Virus record (IMG/VR): IMGVR_UViG_3300042473_000519
Reading direction: 5' to 3' (one strand)
Source of the DNA: an uncultured virus (IMG/VR IMGVR_UViG_3300042473_000519)
Lineage: Duplodnaviria; Heunggongvirae; Uroviricota; Caudoviricetes
DNA length: 64,000 nt
The position numbers were made by a program, and so were the translations under genes. The notes under the pieces are model-generated. The model saw nothing but the letters and a program-made list of their open reading frames with translations. It searched no databases and was not told where the DNA came from. Position 1 is the first letter of the stretch. Each line of letters starts with the position of its first letter. Positions 49,265 to 59,118 of the stretch are shown here, piece by piece.

Positions 49265-50251
49265 ATGGCTACATTAGCAGAAATCAGAGCAAAACTTAAG
49301 GCAGCAGAATCGAAAGGTTCAGACGGTAACAGAACAGGTGGAGACAATTCCATTTATCCATTCTGGAATCTCAAAGAAGGCGACGAAGCATCACTCCGCT
49401 TCCTACCAGATGGTAACGCCAATAACACTTTTTTCTGGGTTGAACGTGCAATGATCAAATTGCCATTCGCTGGAATCAAAGGTGAATCAGAAAGCAAACA
49501 AATCACAGTACAAGTTCCATGCGTAGAAATGTATGGCGAAGGCAATACATGCCCGATCTTGTCAGAAGTCCGTGCGTGGTTCAAAGACCCAGCATTGGAA
49601 GACATGGGCCGTAAGTACTGGAAAAAGCGTAGTTATATTTTCCAAGGATTCGTTGTTGAAGACGGCCTTGCTGAAAAAGAAACTCCAGCAAATCCAATCC
49701 GTAGATTTATTATTGGTCCTCAGATCTTTACATCAATCCGTGCGGCATTGGTTGATCCAGAGTTGGAAGACTTGCCAACAGATTACGTACACGGTATTGA
49801 CTATCGTATGAAGAAAGGTAGTAAAGGCGGTTACGCTGACTACTCTACTAGTACTTGGTCACGTCGTGAGCGTCCATTGAACGATACAGAACAAGCGGCA
49901 ATTAAACAACATGGTTTGTTTAACTTGAGCGACTTCTTGCCTAAAAAGCCAACTGATGTTGAGCTCAAGGTTATGAAGGAAATGTTTGAAGCATCAGTTG
50001 ATGGCGAGCCGTATGATATGGAACGTTGGGGTCAATACTTCAAGCCAGCTGGCATGAGCCAGAACACTGGTGATCCACAAAAGACATCTACTCCTAGAGC
50101 GGCTCCTGCACCAGCAGTAAGCCATGACGAAGATGACACACCTGCTCCAGTAGCAAAAGCTACTCCTGCACCAGCACCAGCGGCTGATGCAAGTGGCGGT
50201 GACAATCGTGCCCAAGACATCTTGGCAATGATTCGTAATCGTCAGAAGTAA
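49265..50251 (+). CDS. gp32: Single-stranded DNA-binding protein (gp32-like)
   Basis: LRFLPD; C.E.YG...CP; YWKKRSY; GGYADYSTS; precedes uvsX. Confidence 0.88.
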   Translation: MATLAEIRAKLKAAESKGSDGNRTGGDNSIYPFWNLKEGDEASLRFLPDGNANNTFFWVERAMIKLPFAGIKGESESKQITVQVPCVEMYGEGNTCPILSEVRAWFKDPALEDMGRKYWKKRSYIFQGFVVEDGLAEKETPANPIRRFIIGPQIFTSIRAALVDPELEDLPTDYVHGIDYRMKKGSKGGYADYSTSTWSRRERPLNDTEQAAIKQHGLFNLSDFLPKKPTDVELKVMKEMFEASVDGEPYDMERWGQYFKPAGMSQNTGDPQKTSTPRAAPAPAVSHDEDDTPAPVAKATPAPAPAADASGGDNRAQDILAMIRNRQK

Positions 50252-50317
50252 AACGTTCGACTCGGGCCACTGTGACTTAGTCATACGCCCGGGTTATCTT
50301 ATTAGGAGAAATAACTT

Positions 50318-51370
50318 ATGGCTACAAAAGCCTTCGATTTATCGAAATTTAGAAAAACCTTGACTAAGTCAATTGACGGTCTGGGTGTAGGATTTAACGA
50401 TCCTACAGACTGGGTAGGCACTGGCAATTATGCCTTGAATTCCCTTATTAGTGGCGACTTTCACAAGGGTATTCCTTTGGGCAAGGTTACTGTGTTTGCC
50501 GGTGAATCTGGTGCAGGTAAGAGCTACATTTGTTCTGCAAACATTGTTAAAAATGCACAGGAACAAGGTATCTATGTTATCTTGATTGATAGCGAAAATG
50601 CACTTGACGAAAAATGGCTACATGCACTTGGTGTAGATACAAGTGAAGATAAATTGCTTAAACTCAACATGGCTATGATTGATGATGTTGCTAAAACCAT
50701 CAGTGAGTTCATGAAAGAGTACAAAGCAATGGAGACTCGTCCTAAAGTCTTATTTGTCATAGACTCATTGGGTATGTTGCTTACCCCTACTGACATTAAC
50801 CAGTTCGAAGCTGGTGATATGAAGGGAGACATGGGCCGTAAACCTAAAGCACTTACCAGTTTAGTTCGTAATTGTGTTAATATGTTTGGCAGTTATAATG
50901 TGGGTATGGTATGTACCAATCACACATACGCAAGCCAAGACATGTTTGATCCAGATGACAAAATTAGTGGTGGACAAGGATTTGTTTATGCTTCTAGTAT
51001 TGTTGTTGCTATGAAAAAACTCAAACTTAAGACTGATGAAAATGGTGTTAAGACAAGCGAAGTACATGGCATTCGTGCTGCCTGCAAGATTATGAAAACA
51101 CGTTATGCAAAACCTTTCGAGTCATTGCAAATTGAAATCCCATATTCAACAGGCATGAGTCCTTACAGTGGTCTTGTAGATCTTTTTGAAAAACAAGGAC
51201 TGCTGACACAACAAGGCAACAGACTAAAGTATGTTGACCCGACCTCCGGAGAAGAACACTTATTCTACCGAAAAGAATGGAAAGATGATAAATTAGATAT
51301 GATAATGAATAATTATCATCTTAAATCTACACCTACTATTCCTGAGGAGAAAACAGAAGATGTTGAATGA
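50318..51370 (+). CDS. uvsX: RecA-like recombinase
   Basis: GESGAGKS; IDSENA; VIDSLG; GDMG; NHTY; SGG.G..YASS. Confidence 0.95.
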   Translation: MATKAFDLSKFRKTLTKSIDGLGVGFNDPTDWVGTGNYALNSLISGDFHKGIPLGKVTVFAGESGAGKSYICSANIVKNAQEQGIYVILIDSENALDEKWLHALGVDTSEDKLLKLNMAMIDDVAKTISEFMKEYKAMETRPKVLFVIDSLGMLLTPTDINQFEAGDMKGDMGRKPKALTSLVRNCVNMFGSYNVGMVCTNHTYASQDMFDPDDKISGGQGFVYASSIVVAMKKLKLKTDENGVKTSEVHGIRAACKIMKTRYAKPFESLQIEIPYSTGMSPYSGLVDLFEKQGLLTQQGNRLKYVDPTSGEEHLFYRKEWKDDKLDMIMNNYHLKSTPTIPEEKTEDVE

Positions 51371-51596
51371 AACACAAATTGGTGATATCTGGTTAAACTT
51401 TGTCGAGTATCTCGATAAGAAACAATTAGAAACAGTAGCAGAACGCTATATTGATCTACTTGCAGATTTTGGAGTACCTGACAAAGCATTGCAAGCAGCT
51501 ACGGGTGTTGATGAAACACTTGATCAAGCTATTGCATATTATCTCAATGACGATGGCTTCGGAGACGAAGACGATACACCAGAATTGGACTTTTAA
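51360..51596 (+). CDS. Hypothetical acidic protein
   Basis: Coupled ORF between uvsX and uvsY with an SD. Confidence 0.65.
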   Translation: MLNETQIGDIWLNFVEYLDKKQLETVAERYIDLLADFGVPDKALQAATGVDETLDQAIAYYLNDDGFGDEDDTPELDF

Positions 51597-52051
51597 TGGG
51601 TTGGTATACTAAGATAGCCAAGGATATTTCTAATATTCCGGATGCTGTGGATCATTTTGAATCTGAATTACAAGAAGCCAAGAGAGAAGTAAAAATCTTT
51701 GGCAACTTGGAAAAGTCAGCGGCTGATCTTCCGGGTGTAGTTGAACAACGCTTTGGACAATTACAAGAAATTGAGGCTATCTTGGAATACCTGAACATTG
51801 AATTGCGAAGATTAAAGAGTAGTCATTTTAGAAAATACCTTGAAACATATCAACGTGCTCTTAGCAGTCGTGATTGTGAAAAGTTTGTGGAAGGTGAAGC
51901 AGATGTTGTTGACTTTGAAAAGATTATCAACGAGTTTGCTTTACTTCGCAACAAGTGGTTGGGTATTACCAAAGGTCTTGACCAGAAACAATGGCAAATC
52001 ACTAATATTGTAAAATTGCGTATTGCAGGTATGGAAGACGCAAGTATATAA
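51596..52051 (+). CDS. uvsY: Recombination mediator (UvsY-like)
   Basis: Helical; KFVEGEADV; KGLDQKQWQITNIVKLRIAG. Confidence 0.8.
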   Translation: MGWYTKIAKDISNIPDAVDHFESELQEAKREVKIFGNLEKSAADLPGVVEQRFGQLQEIEAILEYLNIELRRLKSSHFRKYLETYQRALSSRDCEKFVEGEADVVDFEKIINEFALLRNKWLGITKGLDQKQWQITNIVKLRIAGMEDASI

Positions 52052-52074
52052 TCAATTCCACCAAAAGGTGACCT

Positions 52075-52106
52075 ATAGGCCTTAAATATTTACGGCCTAT
52101 TTTTTT
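52075..52106 (+). terminator. Intrinsic terminator
   Basis: ATAGGCC-12 nt-GGCCTAT-TTTTTT. Confidence 0.7.
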
Positions 52107-52117
52107 GTCTAAAAGGT

Positions 52118-52145
52118 TTGACATTAGACAAAACTATGCTATACT
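52118..52145 (+). promoter_or_regulatory. sigma70-type promoter TTGACA-16-(TGc)TATACT
   Basis: ATG 52152 lies 6 nt after the -10 box. Confidence 0.7.
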
Positions 52146-52151
52146 ACACAT

Positions 52152-53336
52152 ATGATAACAGTTGATCACTTATTGCTTAAAATTGTAAATTTTACTGGTC
52201 CCACTATTGAAGAAATAATGCCCAGTAGAGACTCGCGAGTTTTACGAAGTTTAGCAACAGCAGTGGGTACTCATTATTTTATTACTGAAAGCCAATCAAA
52301 ATTGTTATTGAAGATTTTGAAGGAACATAGTGAAAAAATAGCCCTAAATTGCCAAGACCTAGTTCACGCATTAGAGTTACCAACTTGGTCTAAAAACTTT
52401 AGAAAAGTTGAACAAGTGAAAAAATTCTTTATCGGTAAAAACTCGTCAGACGATTTAACACTTTTTGTAGAATTCACGTTTTCTGCCAATTTTCGCAAAA
52501 TTATACAAAATAATACAAAACACATCGAGAACTTGATTATAGTTGCACCTGGTAAAAGTTACCAAGCTGACTTAACAGAAAAGAATGTGGTAGTGTTATG
52601 CGAATTACTATTGCCATTAGAATTCGAAGTCGATGAGTTGATAAAAAAGTACTACGAAACCATAAAATCCTGGGAAAAATCAACATTTCAAGACCAGTAC
52701 TTGATCAGCAATATGCCCGGTAATGCCTTTCAAAAGACCATTACTGAAGACCTTGGACTCAGTACAACCATTGACAAAAACATCATTAATGACAGAAGTG
52801 TCAGGTACCAGTATTTCACAGAAAAACCGGAAAAAACCGGAAATTCCCTGGTTGAGCATATTGCCAATAGACCACAGTCTCGCTTGTGGATTGACAGTAC
52901 AATACACACTGTGGACAATGTGATAACGTCCTTAATTGCACTTAAACGATTTCCACTACTGGTTGTGTTCCCCAATTGGCTACCACAAAAACTCCAAGAA
53001 AATATGGTGATTTTGAGCGATTGTTTGGAGAAAAATAATATTGCAGATAGTGTTGGAATTTATTTTAGAATGGATAATGATACGCAAGGAAAATTATTCA
53101 ATCAACTTATCGCTGAGAAAAAATATAATAGTCAGCTGGATAACACTACACAAGTAGTTGGTATACAAACTGGAAAATTACCCAAATTTTTGATAAAAAA
53201 TGACTGGACTCCTATGAGTGTAATTTCGTTCGATGCTAATCTCAGATATAACAAAGCATCGCTATATACCAATTGTTGCGACCTTGTTATTACATATTCC
53301 GAAGCACCTACTATTATTGAGCAAAGATTAAAATGA
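52152..53336 (+). CDS. Hypothetical protein
   Basis: Long ORF coupled (ATGA) to the helicase. Confidence 0.7.
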   Translation: MITVDHLLLKIVNFTGPTIEEIMPSRDSRVLRSLATAVGTHYFITESQSKLLLKILKEHSEKIALNCQDLVHALELPTWSKNFRKVEQVKKFFIGKNSSDDLTLFVEFTFSANFRKIIQNNTKHIENLIIVAPGKSYQADLTEKNVVVLCELLLPLEFEVDELIKKYYETIKSWEKSTFQDQYLISNMPGNAFQKTITEDLGLSTTIDKNIINDRSVRYQYFTEKPEKTGNSLVEHIANRPQSRLWIDSTIHTVDNVITSLIALKRFPLLVVFPNWLPQKLQENMVILSDCLEKNNIADSVGIYFRMDNDTQGKLFNQLIAEKKYNSQLDNTTQVVGIQTGKLPKFLIKNDWTPMSVISFDANLRYNKASLYTNCCDLVITYSEAPTIIEQRLK

Positions 53337-54799
53337 CAATACGATTAGTAATTAAAGACGAAGTTAACATTAAGTTAGAGAATTTGCCACTGGATGCTCG
53401 CAAGAAATTAGCCAACGCATTTAAGTATGAAAATCCATATGCAAGATATCATCCTGCATACAAACTTGGACGTTGGGACGGAATGGTCAGTTTGTTTGGG
53501 CTTGGCGGCAACGGTTATCTTAGTCAGCTTGAAACTATCTTAGACGTATTAAACAAACTGGGAATTAGTGTTGAAGAAGTAGACGACTTACGTACCACTA
53601 GCAAGATATCTTTTGAACCTGTGACAGAATCTTATTGGGCAGACCAAGGCAAAGTATGGCCAAAGGGTCACCAGCAAGCAGGTCAGCCTATTATGTTGCG
53701 TGACTATCAAGTTGATGCAATTAACACATTTTTAACCAATACTCAAGCACTACAAGAGATTGCAACAGGTGCTGGAAAGACCATTACAACAGCAACATTA
53801 AGTCAGCTTGCAGAAAAATATGGTCGTACAATTACTATTGTTCCTAATAAATCTCTAGTGGAACAAACAGAAGAAGACTTTATTGCAGTGGGATTAGATG
53901 TTGGTGTTTATTACGGAGATCGCAAAGATTTAGGTAAGACACACACCATTTGCACTTGGCAAAGCCTTAACATTCTCGATAAGAAAAGTAAAAATCACGA
54001 GCATGACATTGTTACACTTGCTGAATTTCTCGACGGAGTTAAGACTGTTATTGTTGACGAAGTACACATGGCCAAAGCGGAAGTGTTGAAGAATTTACTC
54101 ACACAAAACTTGTGTAATGCTCCCATTCGTTGGGGATTGACAGGAACTGTGCCCAAGGAAAAATTTGAATACGAACAAATTTTTGCAAGTCTTGGTCCAG
54201 TAGTTGGCGGCATCAAAGCACACGAGCTACAAGATATAGGTGTGCTTAGTGCATGTCACGTAAACATAGTTCAAATGGTAGACTTGCCGGTTTTTACATC
54301 ATATCCAGACGAATTAAAATATCTTGTCACAGACGATGACAGGATGATTTATGTTAGTAAACTAATTAAAAAAATATCACAATCAGGCAACACACTAGTA
54401 TTAGTTAATAGAATTGACTCAGGCAAATTTATCATCAACGAAATTGAAGACGCAGTTTTTGTCTCGGGTGAGGTAAAAACTAAGGATCGCAAAGAAGAAT
54501 ATGACGAAATTAAAACAAGCACTAACAAGATTATTGTGGCGACTTACGGTGTGGCCGCTGTGGGTATTAATATCCCTAGGATTTTTAATTTGGTTCTTTT
54601 GGAATCCGGAAAGAGCTTTACCCGAGTTATACAGAGCATTGGGCGAGGCATTAGAAAAGCAGAAGACAAGGACTTTGTCCAAATCTGGGACATAACCAGC
54701 ACCTGCAAATATGCCAAGCGGCATCTTACTGAACGTAAGAAATTTTACAAGGACGCTAAGTATCCTTTCACATTAGAAAAGATAGACTGGCAAAAATAA
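53333..54799 (+). CDS. uvsW: SF2 DNA helicase (UvsW-like)
   Basis: LRDYQ; ATGAGKT; VDEVH; GLTGT; GINIP; QSIGRGIR. Confidence 0.92.
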   Translation: MTIRLVIKDEVNIKLENLPLDARKKLANAFKYENPYARYHPAYKLGRWDGMVSLFGLGGNGYLSQLETILDVLNKLGISVEEVDDLRTTSKISFEPVTESYWADQGKVWPKGHQQAGQPIMLRDYQVDAINTFLTNTQALQEIATGAGKTITTATLSQLAEKYGRTITIVPNKSLVEQTEEDFIAVGLDVGVYYGDRKDLGKTHTICTWQSLNILDKKSKNHEHDIVTLAEFLDGVKTVIVDEVHMAKAEVLKNLLTQNLCNAPIRWGLTGTVPKEKFEYEQIFASLGPVVGGIKAHELQDIGVLSACHVNIVQMVDLPVFTSYPDELKYLVTDDDRMIYVSKLIKKISQSGNTLVLVNRIDSGKFIINEIEDAVFVSGEVKTKDRKEEYDEIKTSTNKIIVATYGVAAVGINIPRIFNLVLLESGKSFTRVIQSIGRGIRKAEDKDFVQIWDITSTCKYAKRHLTERKKFYKDAKYPFTLEKIDWQK

Positions 54800-54805
54800 G
54801 GAACT

Positions 54806-55312
54806 ATGCAAATATTAACATTAGAAAATAAAATGTTCTCATTGAACAACTTACCAGAAGAAGTGGATGAAAATACACGGTTTGCTGTGTTGGACAACAG
54901 CGATCCAACTGAGCCCGATTTTTTCTTTATGCCATTAATCTTTCTGGAAAGTTTTAACGCACCTGCAATGGTACTTAGAATTGGCAACGATGAAGTAACA
55001 ATGCCATTGGATTGGAGTATTGCAGTGGGCGATAGTAGCAGTGCCAGTGACATTGAAATTTTACCGTTAACAAGTCTTAATGATAGAGGATTCGAAGCAT
55101 TAGTTTTTAACCCATTAAGTAGCTTTAGAGTAGAGTTTAAAAAGATAGAGATTGTAAATTTTTATAATGATGTTAAATGGTATTTTCCAAAGATGAAAAA
55201 TAATCAACTATTAGCAACTCCTACACGCGGCGGCGACAAACCAGATTGTGTTTATTTTGTTAAAGAAATTTCACGTCAGTGCGAAATCATTCAGTTGGAT
55301 AAAATATTATGA
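54806..55312 (+). CDS. Hypothetical protein (possible degenerate Hint-like fold)
   Basis: ORF with AAGGA SD; beta-rich pattern. Confidence 0.6.
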   Translation: MQILTLENKMFSLNNLPEEVDENTRFAVLDNSDPTEPDFFFMPLIFLESFNAPAMVLRIGNDEVTMPLDWSIAVGDSSSASDIEILPLTSLNDRGFEALVFNPLSSFRVEFKKIEIVNFYNDVKWYFPKMKNNQLLATPTRGGDKPDCVYFVKEISRQCEIIQLDKIL

Positions 55313-55896
55313 CATTAAAAGTAGCGTATTTTCAACCTATCATAGTTGCGGCTGCACCTGTTCCACCAGCGGATTTTGTTAAGATTTATAATCTCGTGGA
55401 AGCAGTTCACTCGCAAATTACAGCACAAGAAGTACAGTTATATCCCAATGAAACCGACGTGGATTACGGCTGGCTTGTATCGCTAATTGAAGAAATGTGT
55501 AAAGGTTATATGGATCTAGTATCCACACAATCTGTTACAAAGGATCTAGATTACTGCAACCCTAAAGTAGTAAATATTAGAACTGTTAAACAGCTCAGTG
55601 GTGACTATATGGAAATGCACACTCATCCTGCAGGAAATTTAAGTGGTCATATTTACACCAGTGTTCCAGAGTATGGAGAAGGTAAAAAGCCAGCAGACGG
55701 AAATTTATTATTAAGGCTTCCGCAAACTAGAGATTTAACTAGATTTATTATGCAGGATACTTGGAAATTTCAACCAGAGCCTGGCACATTTGTATTGTTT
55801 CCAAGTCATATTCCGCACAGTGTTAATCCATGGCATGGACAAGGAAGTCGGACATTGCTAGCATTTGATGTAATATTAGTGGCCAAGGAGATGTAA
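55309..55896 (+). CDS. Putative 2OG-Fe(II) oxygenase (HxH)
   Basis: HTH..GNLSG..Y...P.PG..VLFPSHIPHSV.P...R..LAFD. Confidence 0.8.
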   Translation: MTLKVAYFQPIIVAAAPVPPADFVKIYNLVEAVHSQITAQEVQLYPNETDVDYGWLVSLIEEMCKGYMDLVSTQSVTKDLDYCNPKVVNIRTVKQLSGDYMEMHTHPAGNLSGHIYTSVPEYGEGKKPADGNLLLRLPQTRDLTRFIMQDTWKFQPEPGTFVLFPSHIPHSVNPWHGQGSRTLLAFDVILVAKEM

Positions 55897-56171
55897 TGGG
55901 AGATCTTAAACCTGGTGCAAAATATATCTACGAGCGTAACGGCGAGGAAATATATGCGAGAGAGTTTGGAGATAACGAGCGTAAGTTAATTGGTTATCAG
56001 TACGAAAATGGAACAGATCCTCGAACAGCAGATGGGCGGCCCCTGCATGAGCACATGAAAGAAGATCAATTGTGGGGACAAATTCGGAGAGAAGCAAAGA
56101 CCAATGTGACTTTACAAAAGGCCCTGGATCGTGCTATAATGATATACAAACTTAGTAAAGATAAAGTATGA
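55896..56171 (+). CDS. Hypothetical protein
   Basis: AAGGAG SD; coupled ORF. Confidence 0.65.
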   Translation: MGDLKPGAKYIYERNGEEIYAREFGDNERKLIGYQYENGTDPRTADGRPLHEHMKEDQLWGQIRREAKTNVTLQKALDRAIMIYKLSKDKV

Positions 56172-56647
56172 GTGAAAAAGTAGAGCTTAAAGAAAAACTG
56201 GCTGCAATAGATCAGAATGTTAAAGAACTGTGGGATGCCATGGATGCTGAACAACAAAAAGCTCTCAAAGGAGAATACTTTATTCTCAATCGCTATGTTA
56301 GTAATGTTCAAAGTTCTAAACGAGAAGTACAGGAACATTTTGTATTGACTGTCAACGAATACTTTAACAAGAACTGGAACTTGTTGCAAAAGCATCCTAA
56401 ACTAATGTGGCAATTACTGTGTATGTGTAGCTACAATGGAGAAACAGTTTTCTTTCATCAATGGTTAGGTAATAAAAAGAAAACAGGCACAGGCGGCAAG
56501 AAGTTGAAGTTTCTTGCAGAGATTTATCCTAATAAAAAAATGGATGAGTTGGAACTACTGGCAGATCTTGCCACAGATAAAGACATGAAAGAGCTGGCCA
56601 GAAAACACGGCTTTGATGAAGCAACTATTGCTAAAAAACTTAAATGA
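56168..56647 (+). CDS. Possible clamp-loader small subunit (gp62-like)
   Basis: L.AID; YFILNRYVS; VNE..N; H.KL.W.LL; L.EIYP; internal promoter TTTACA-18-TATAAT at 56111-56140. Confidence 0.5.
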   Translation: MSEKVELKEKLAAIDQNVKELWDAMDAEQQKALKGEYFILNRYVSNVQSSKREVQEHFVLTVNEYFNKNWNLLQKHPKLMWQLLCMCSYNGETVFFHQWLGNKKKTGTGGKKLKFLAEIYPNKKMDELELLADLATDKDMKELARKHGFDEATIAKKLK

Positions 56648-57336
56648 TGCTACTGGAAAATATATCTTATACTTGTCAGTATTGCAAGAACAAATTCAGT
56701 AAAGAAAAAACTTTGGCTGTGCATATCTGCGAGCAAAAACGCAGAGCACTTGCTAAGACTGAAAAACATGTGGTAATGGGATATGATACTTATAACAGAT
56801 TTTACAGAAAAACGCAAAACAGTAAGCAGGATAAAACTTATGAGGATTTTGCTAAAAGTCCTTATTATAACGCTTTCGTTAAGTTTGGCAGCTTTGTTAG
56901 TAATGTTAATCCTTTATACCCGGACAGATTCATTGACTACGTGGTGGTTAGCGGCGTTAAACTGGATCAATGGTGTAGAGATGAACTTTACGAAAAATAT
57001 GTACTTGATCTTATCCGGGTCGAAACAGTAGAAACTGCACTACAACGTAGCATTACACACATGATGAAATGGGGTGATGATAATAATGCACAATGGAATC
57101 ATTACTTTCTATATGTTAGTTTAAGTCGTGCTTGTTATGATATTAAAGATGGAAAAGTGAGTCCGTGGCTAATTTTAAATAGCAATAGCGGTAAAGAGAT
57201 GTTGCGTAAATTAAATGATGAACAATTGTCAGCAATTGGATCAACTATTGATCTCCAATTCTGGATGAGTAAATTTAAAAAACTTCCAGCAGATGTTGCG
57301 TTGGTTAAAGAAGTAGTTAGAGAGAGTAATATATAA
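56644..57336 (+). CDS. Conserved protein with N-terminal C2H2/C2HC zinc finger
   Basis: YTCQYCKNKF..E..L..HIC. Confidence 0.65.
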   Translation: MMLLENISYTCQYCKNKFSKEKTLAVHICEQKRRALAKTEKHVVMGYDTYNRFYRKTQNSKQDKTYEDFAKSPYYNAFVKFGSFVSNVNPLYPDRFIDYVVVSGVKLDQWCRDELYEKYVLDLIRVETVETALQRSITHMMKWGDDNNAQWNHYFLYVSLSRACYDIKDGKVSPWLILNSNSGKEMLRKLNDEQLSAIGSTIDLQFWMSKFKKLPADVALVKEVVRESNI

Positions 57337-57911
57337 TGGATGTTGATATTGACTTTGCTGATAGATCAATTGCTTTGAAAAAATTCAAGCACGTGGTTGC
57401 GGCTATTGACGACAAGGGTATTTTTAAAAAACACAATACTGGAGTATATTGCACTAGTATTCCGTACAATCCTATCACAGGAATAAGTACTATAGATTAT
57501 AAAACAGCAGAAGATAGAGGTTATTTTAAAATAGATTTTTTAAATGTTAGTGTGTATGATGGTGTTAAAAGCAAAGAGCATTTGACTCAATTATTGGAGA
57601 CTGAACCACTATGGGATTTACTCTTGGAAGACGACTTCGTGAACAATTTGTTCCACGTGAATGGGCATGGACCTATTCTTCGACAAATGAAACCTGGATC
57701 TATAGAACAGTTAGCGGCAGTGTTGGCAATGATACGTCCGGCAAAACGTTACCTGATTGGGAAAGATTGGACGACAGTGATGACGGAGATTTGGACCAAA
57801 CCAGAGAATGATGAGTATTTTTTCAAACACAGTCATTCTATAGCATACGCACACGTGATTGTTGTGCAAATGAATCTAATTTGTGAAAATTTAACGAACC
57901 TTTCGAACTAA
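57336..57911 (+). CDS. Miniature DnaE (Pol III alpha, family C)-like catalytic core
   Basis: DVDIDF, KH.TGV, GYFKIDFL, KP.SIEQLAAVLAMIRP and YFFKHSHSIAYA occur in DnaE order. Confidence 0.8.
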   Translation: MDVDIDFADRSIALKKFKHVVAAIDDKGIFKKHNTGVYCTSIPYNPITGISTIDYKTAEDRGYFKIDFLNVSVYDGVKSKEHLTQLLETEPLWDLLLEDDFVNNLFHVNGHGPILRQMKPGSIEQLAAVLAMIRPAKRYLIGKDWTTVMTEIWTKPENDEYFFKHSHSIAYAHVIVVQMNLICENLTNLSN

Positions 57912-58265
57912 CTGTACACTCTTGCGTTTCACACGTTTGAGAGTCAAGTTCATGAGATTTACACACGGGCCCAACAATAATCGTGTATCTTTGCTGTTGA
58001 ATGTTTTGATAGCATAGTGGAATGGGTGTATCATTTCTCTGCAGAATATGTTGATGGGAAATTGTCTATTTGATTCCCACCACCATGTTTCGCCTATTTC
58101 TAAGAACAATGTTTTCTCTTCAGCAGTCTTAATGGCATTAAGGTCATAAAAACTTGTGACGAATTGATCCTGGTTTATAATAATGCCCACGTATTCTTCC
58201 TCACCGTAGTTTAACACGGATATAAAGGGTAATTTCTGTTCGATATCGTCTCTTAGTTTTGCCAT
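57891..58265 (-). CDS. Conserved hypothetical protein
   Basis: EYVGII.N; WWWESNR.FPINIF; own promoters. Confidence 0.65.
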   Translation of the reverse strand: MAKLRDDIEQKLPFISVLNYGEEEYVGIIINQDQFVTSFYDLNAIKTAEEKTLFLEIGETWWWESNRQFPINIFCREMIHPFHYAIKTFNSKDTRLLLGPCVNLMNLTLKRVKRKSVQLVRKVR

Positions 58266-58290
58266 AAATAGTATATAAAGGTCCTGTCAG

Positions 58291-59118
58291 ATGCAAAAAA
58301 TTTCAAGTTATTTATATCCTAATAGAGTTGAACTATTAGCCAATTTGGCAGGATTTACTGTGGAGTATACAAACGTGTATCAGAGAAATGTAAAAATATA
58401 TAATGGCATCGATAACACCATTGAGTTCGATATAAAGAACGCAGATCAAAAACGCATCGATTTGGCCACGCTGACTCAGATAGAATTAAACATAATGGAT
58501 GCTCAAGGAAATGCTTTAGAAAATAGTCCATACACTGTTACTCCAACTGCATTGAAAGGTATTGCCGCTGTTACTATTCCTCAAGAAGATTTAACTGAAT
58601 TATCCAGCCAATATTTAAAATACAGTGTTACTGCCCTTAAAGATGGCAACGATGTTATGTTGTATGCTGACAGTAGATTCGGAGCAGTGGGCAAATTTGA
58701 ATTAGTTGGAGATGCAATGCCAACATTTAGGAATGAGAAAGTTTACGATAGATTCAGCGGTGAAATTGATTTGATGGGTAATGTAAAAAATCATACCAGT
58801 GCTATTCCTTGTAAATTTTACGAAGCTATACCAACAACTGAAATGTCATTTGATATAACTTATACCGATTATACCGGTGAGATGTATATTGAAGCAACCA
58901 AGGATTCTACCATTAGTGTAGAATCATTTAATCGTAATGGTGTAAAATTAGTTACATTTACACCTCCAGTAGGTACTGGAACATTTACTCAATCGTTTAC
59001 ATTGCCAGTTGGTGATTACAATTATTTTAGAGTAGTCTGGACATATTTAGATCCAACATTACTTGGACTATATGGTGCTAGTCCAACCGGAACTGTTGAC
59101 AAAGTAGTGGTAAATTAA
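58291..59118 (+). CDS. Putative late structural (beta-sandwich) protein
   Basis: Late box CATAAATA 58263-58270; KIYNGIDNTIEF.IKNADQK. Confidence 0.55.
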   Translation: MQKISSYLYPNRVELLANLAGFTVEYTNVYQRNVKIYNGIDNTIEFDIKNADQKRIDLATLTQIELNIMDAQGNALENSPYTVTPTALKGIAAVTIPQEDLTELSSQYLKYSVTALKDGNDVMLYADSRFGAVGKFELVGDAMPTFRNEKVYDRFSGEIDLMGNVKNHTSAIPCKFYEAIPTTEMSFDITYTDYTGEMYIEATKDSTISVESFNRNGVKLVTFTPPVGTGTFTQSFTLPVGDYNYFRVVWTYLDPTLLGLYGASPTGTVDKVVVN

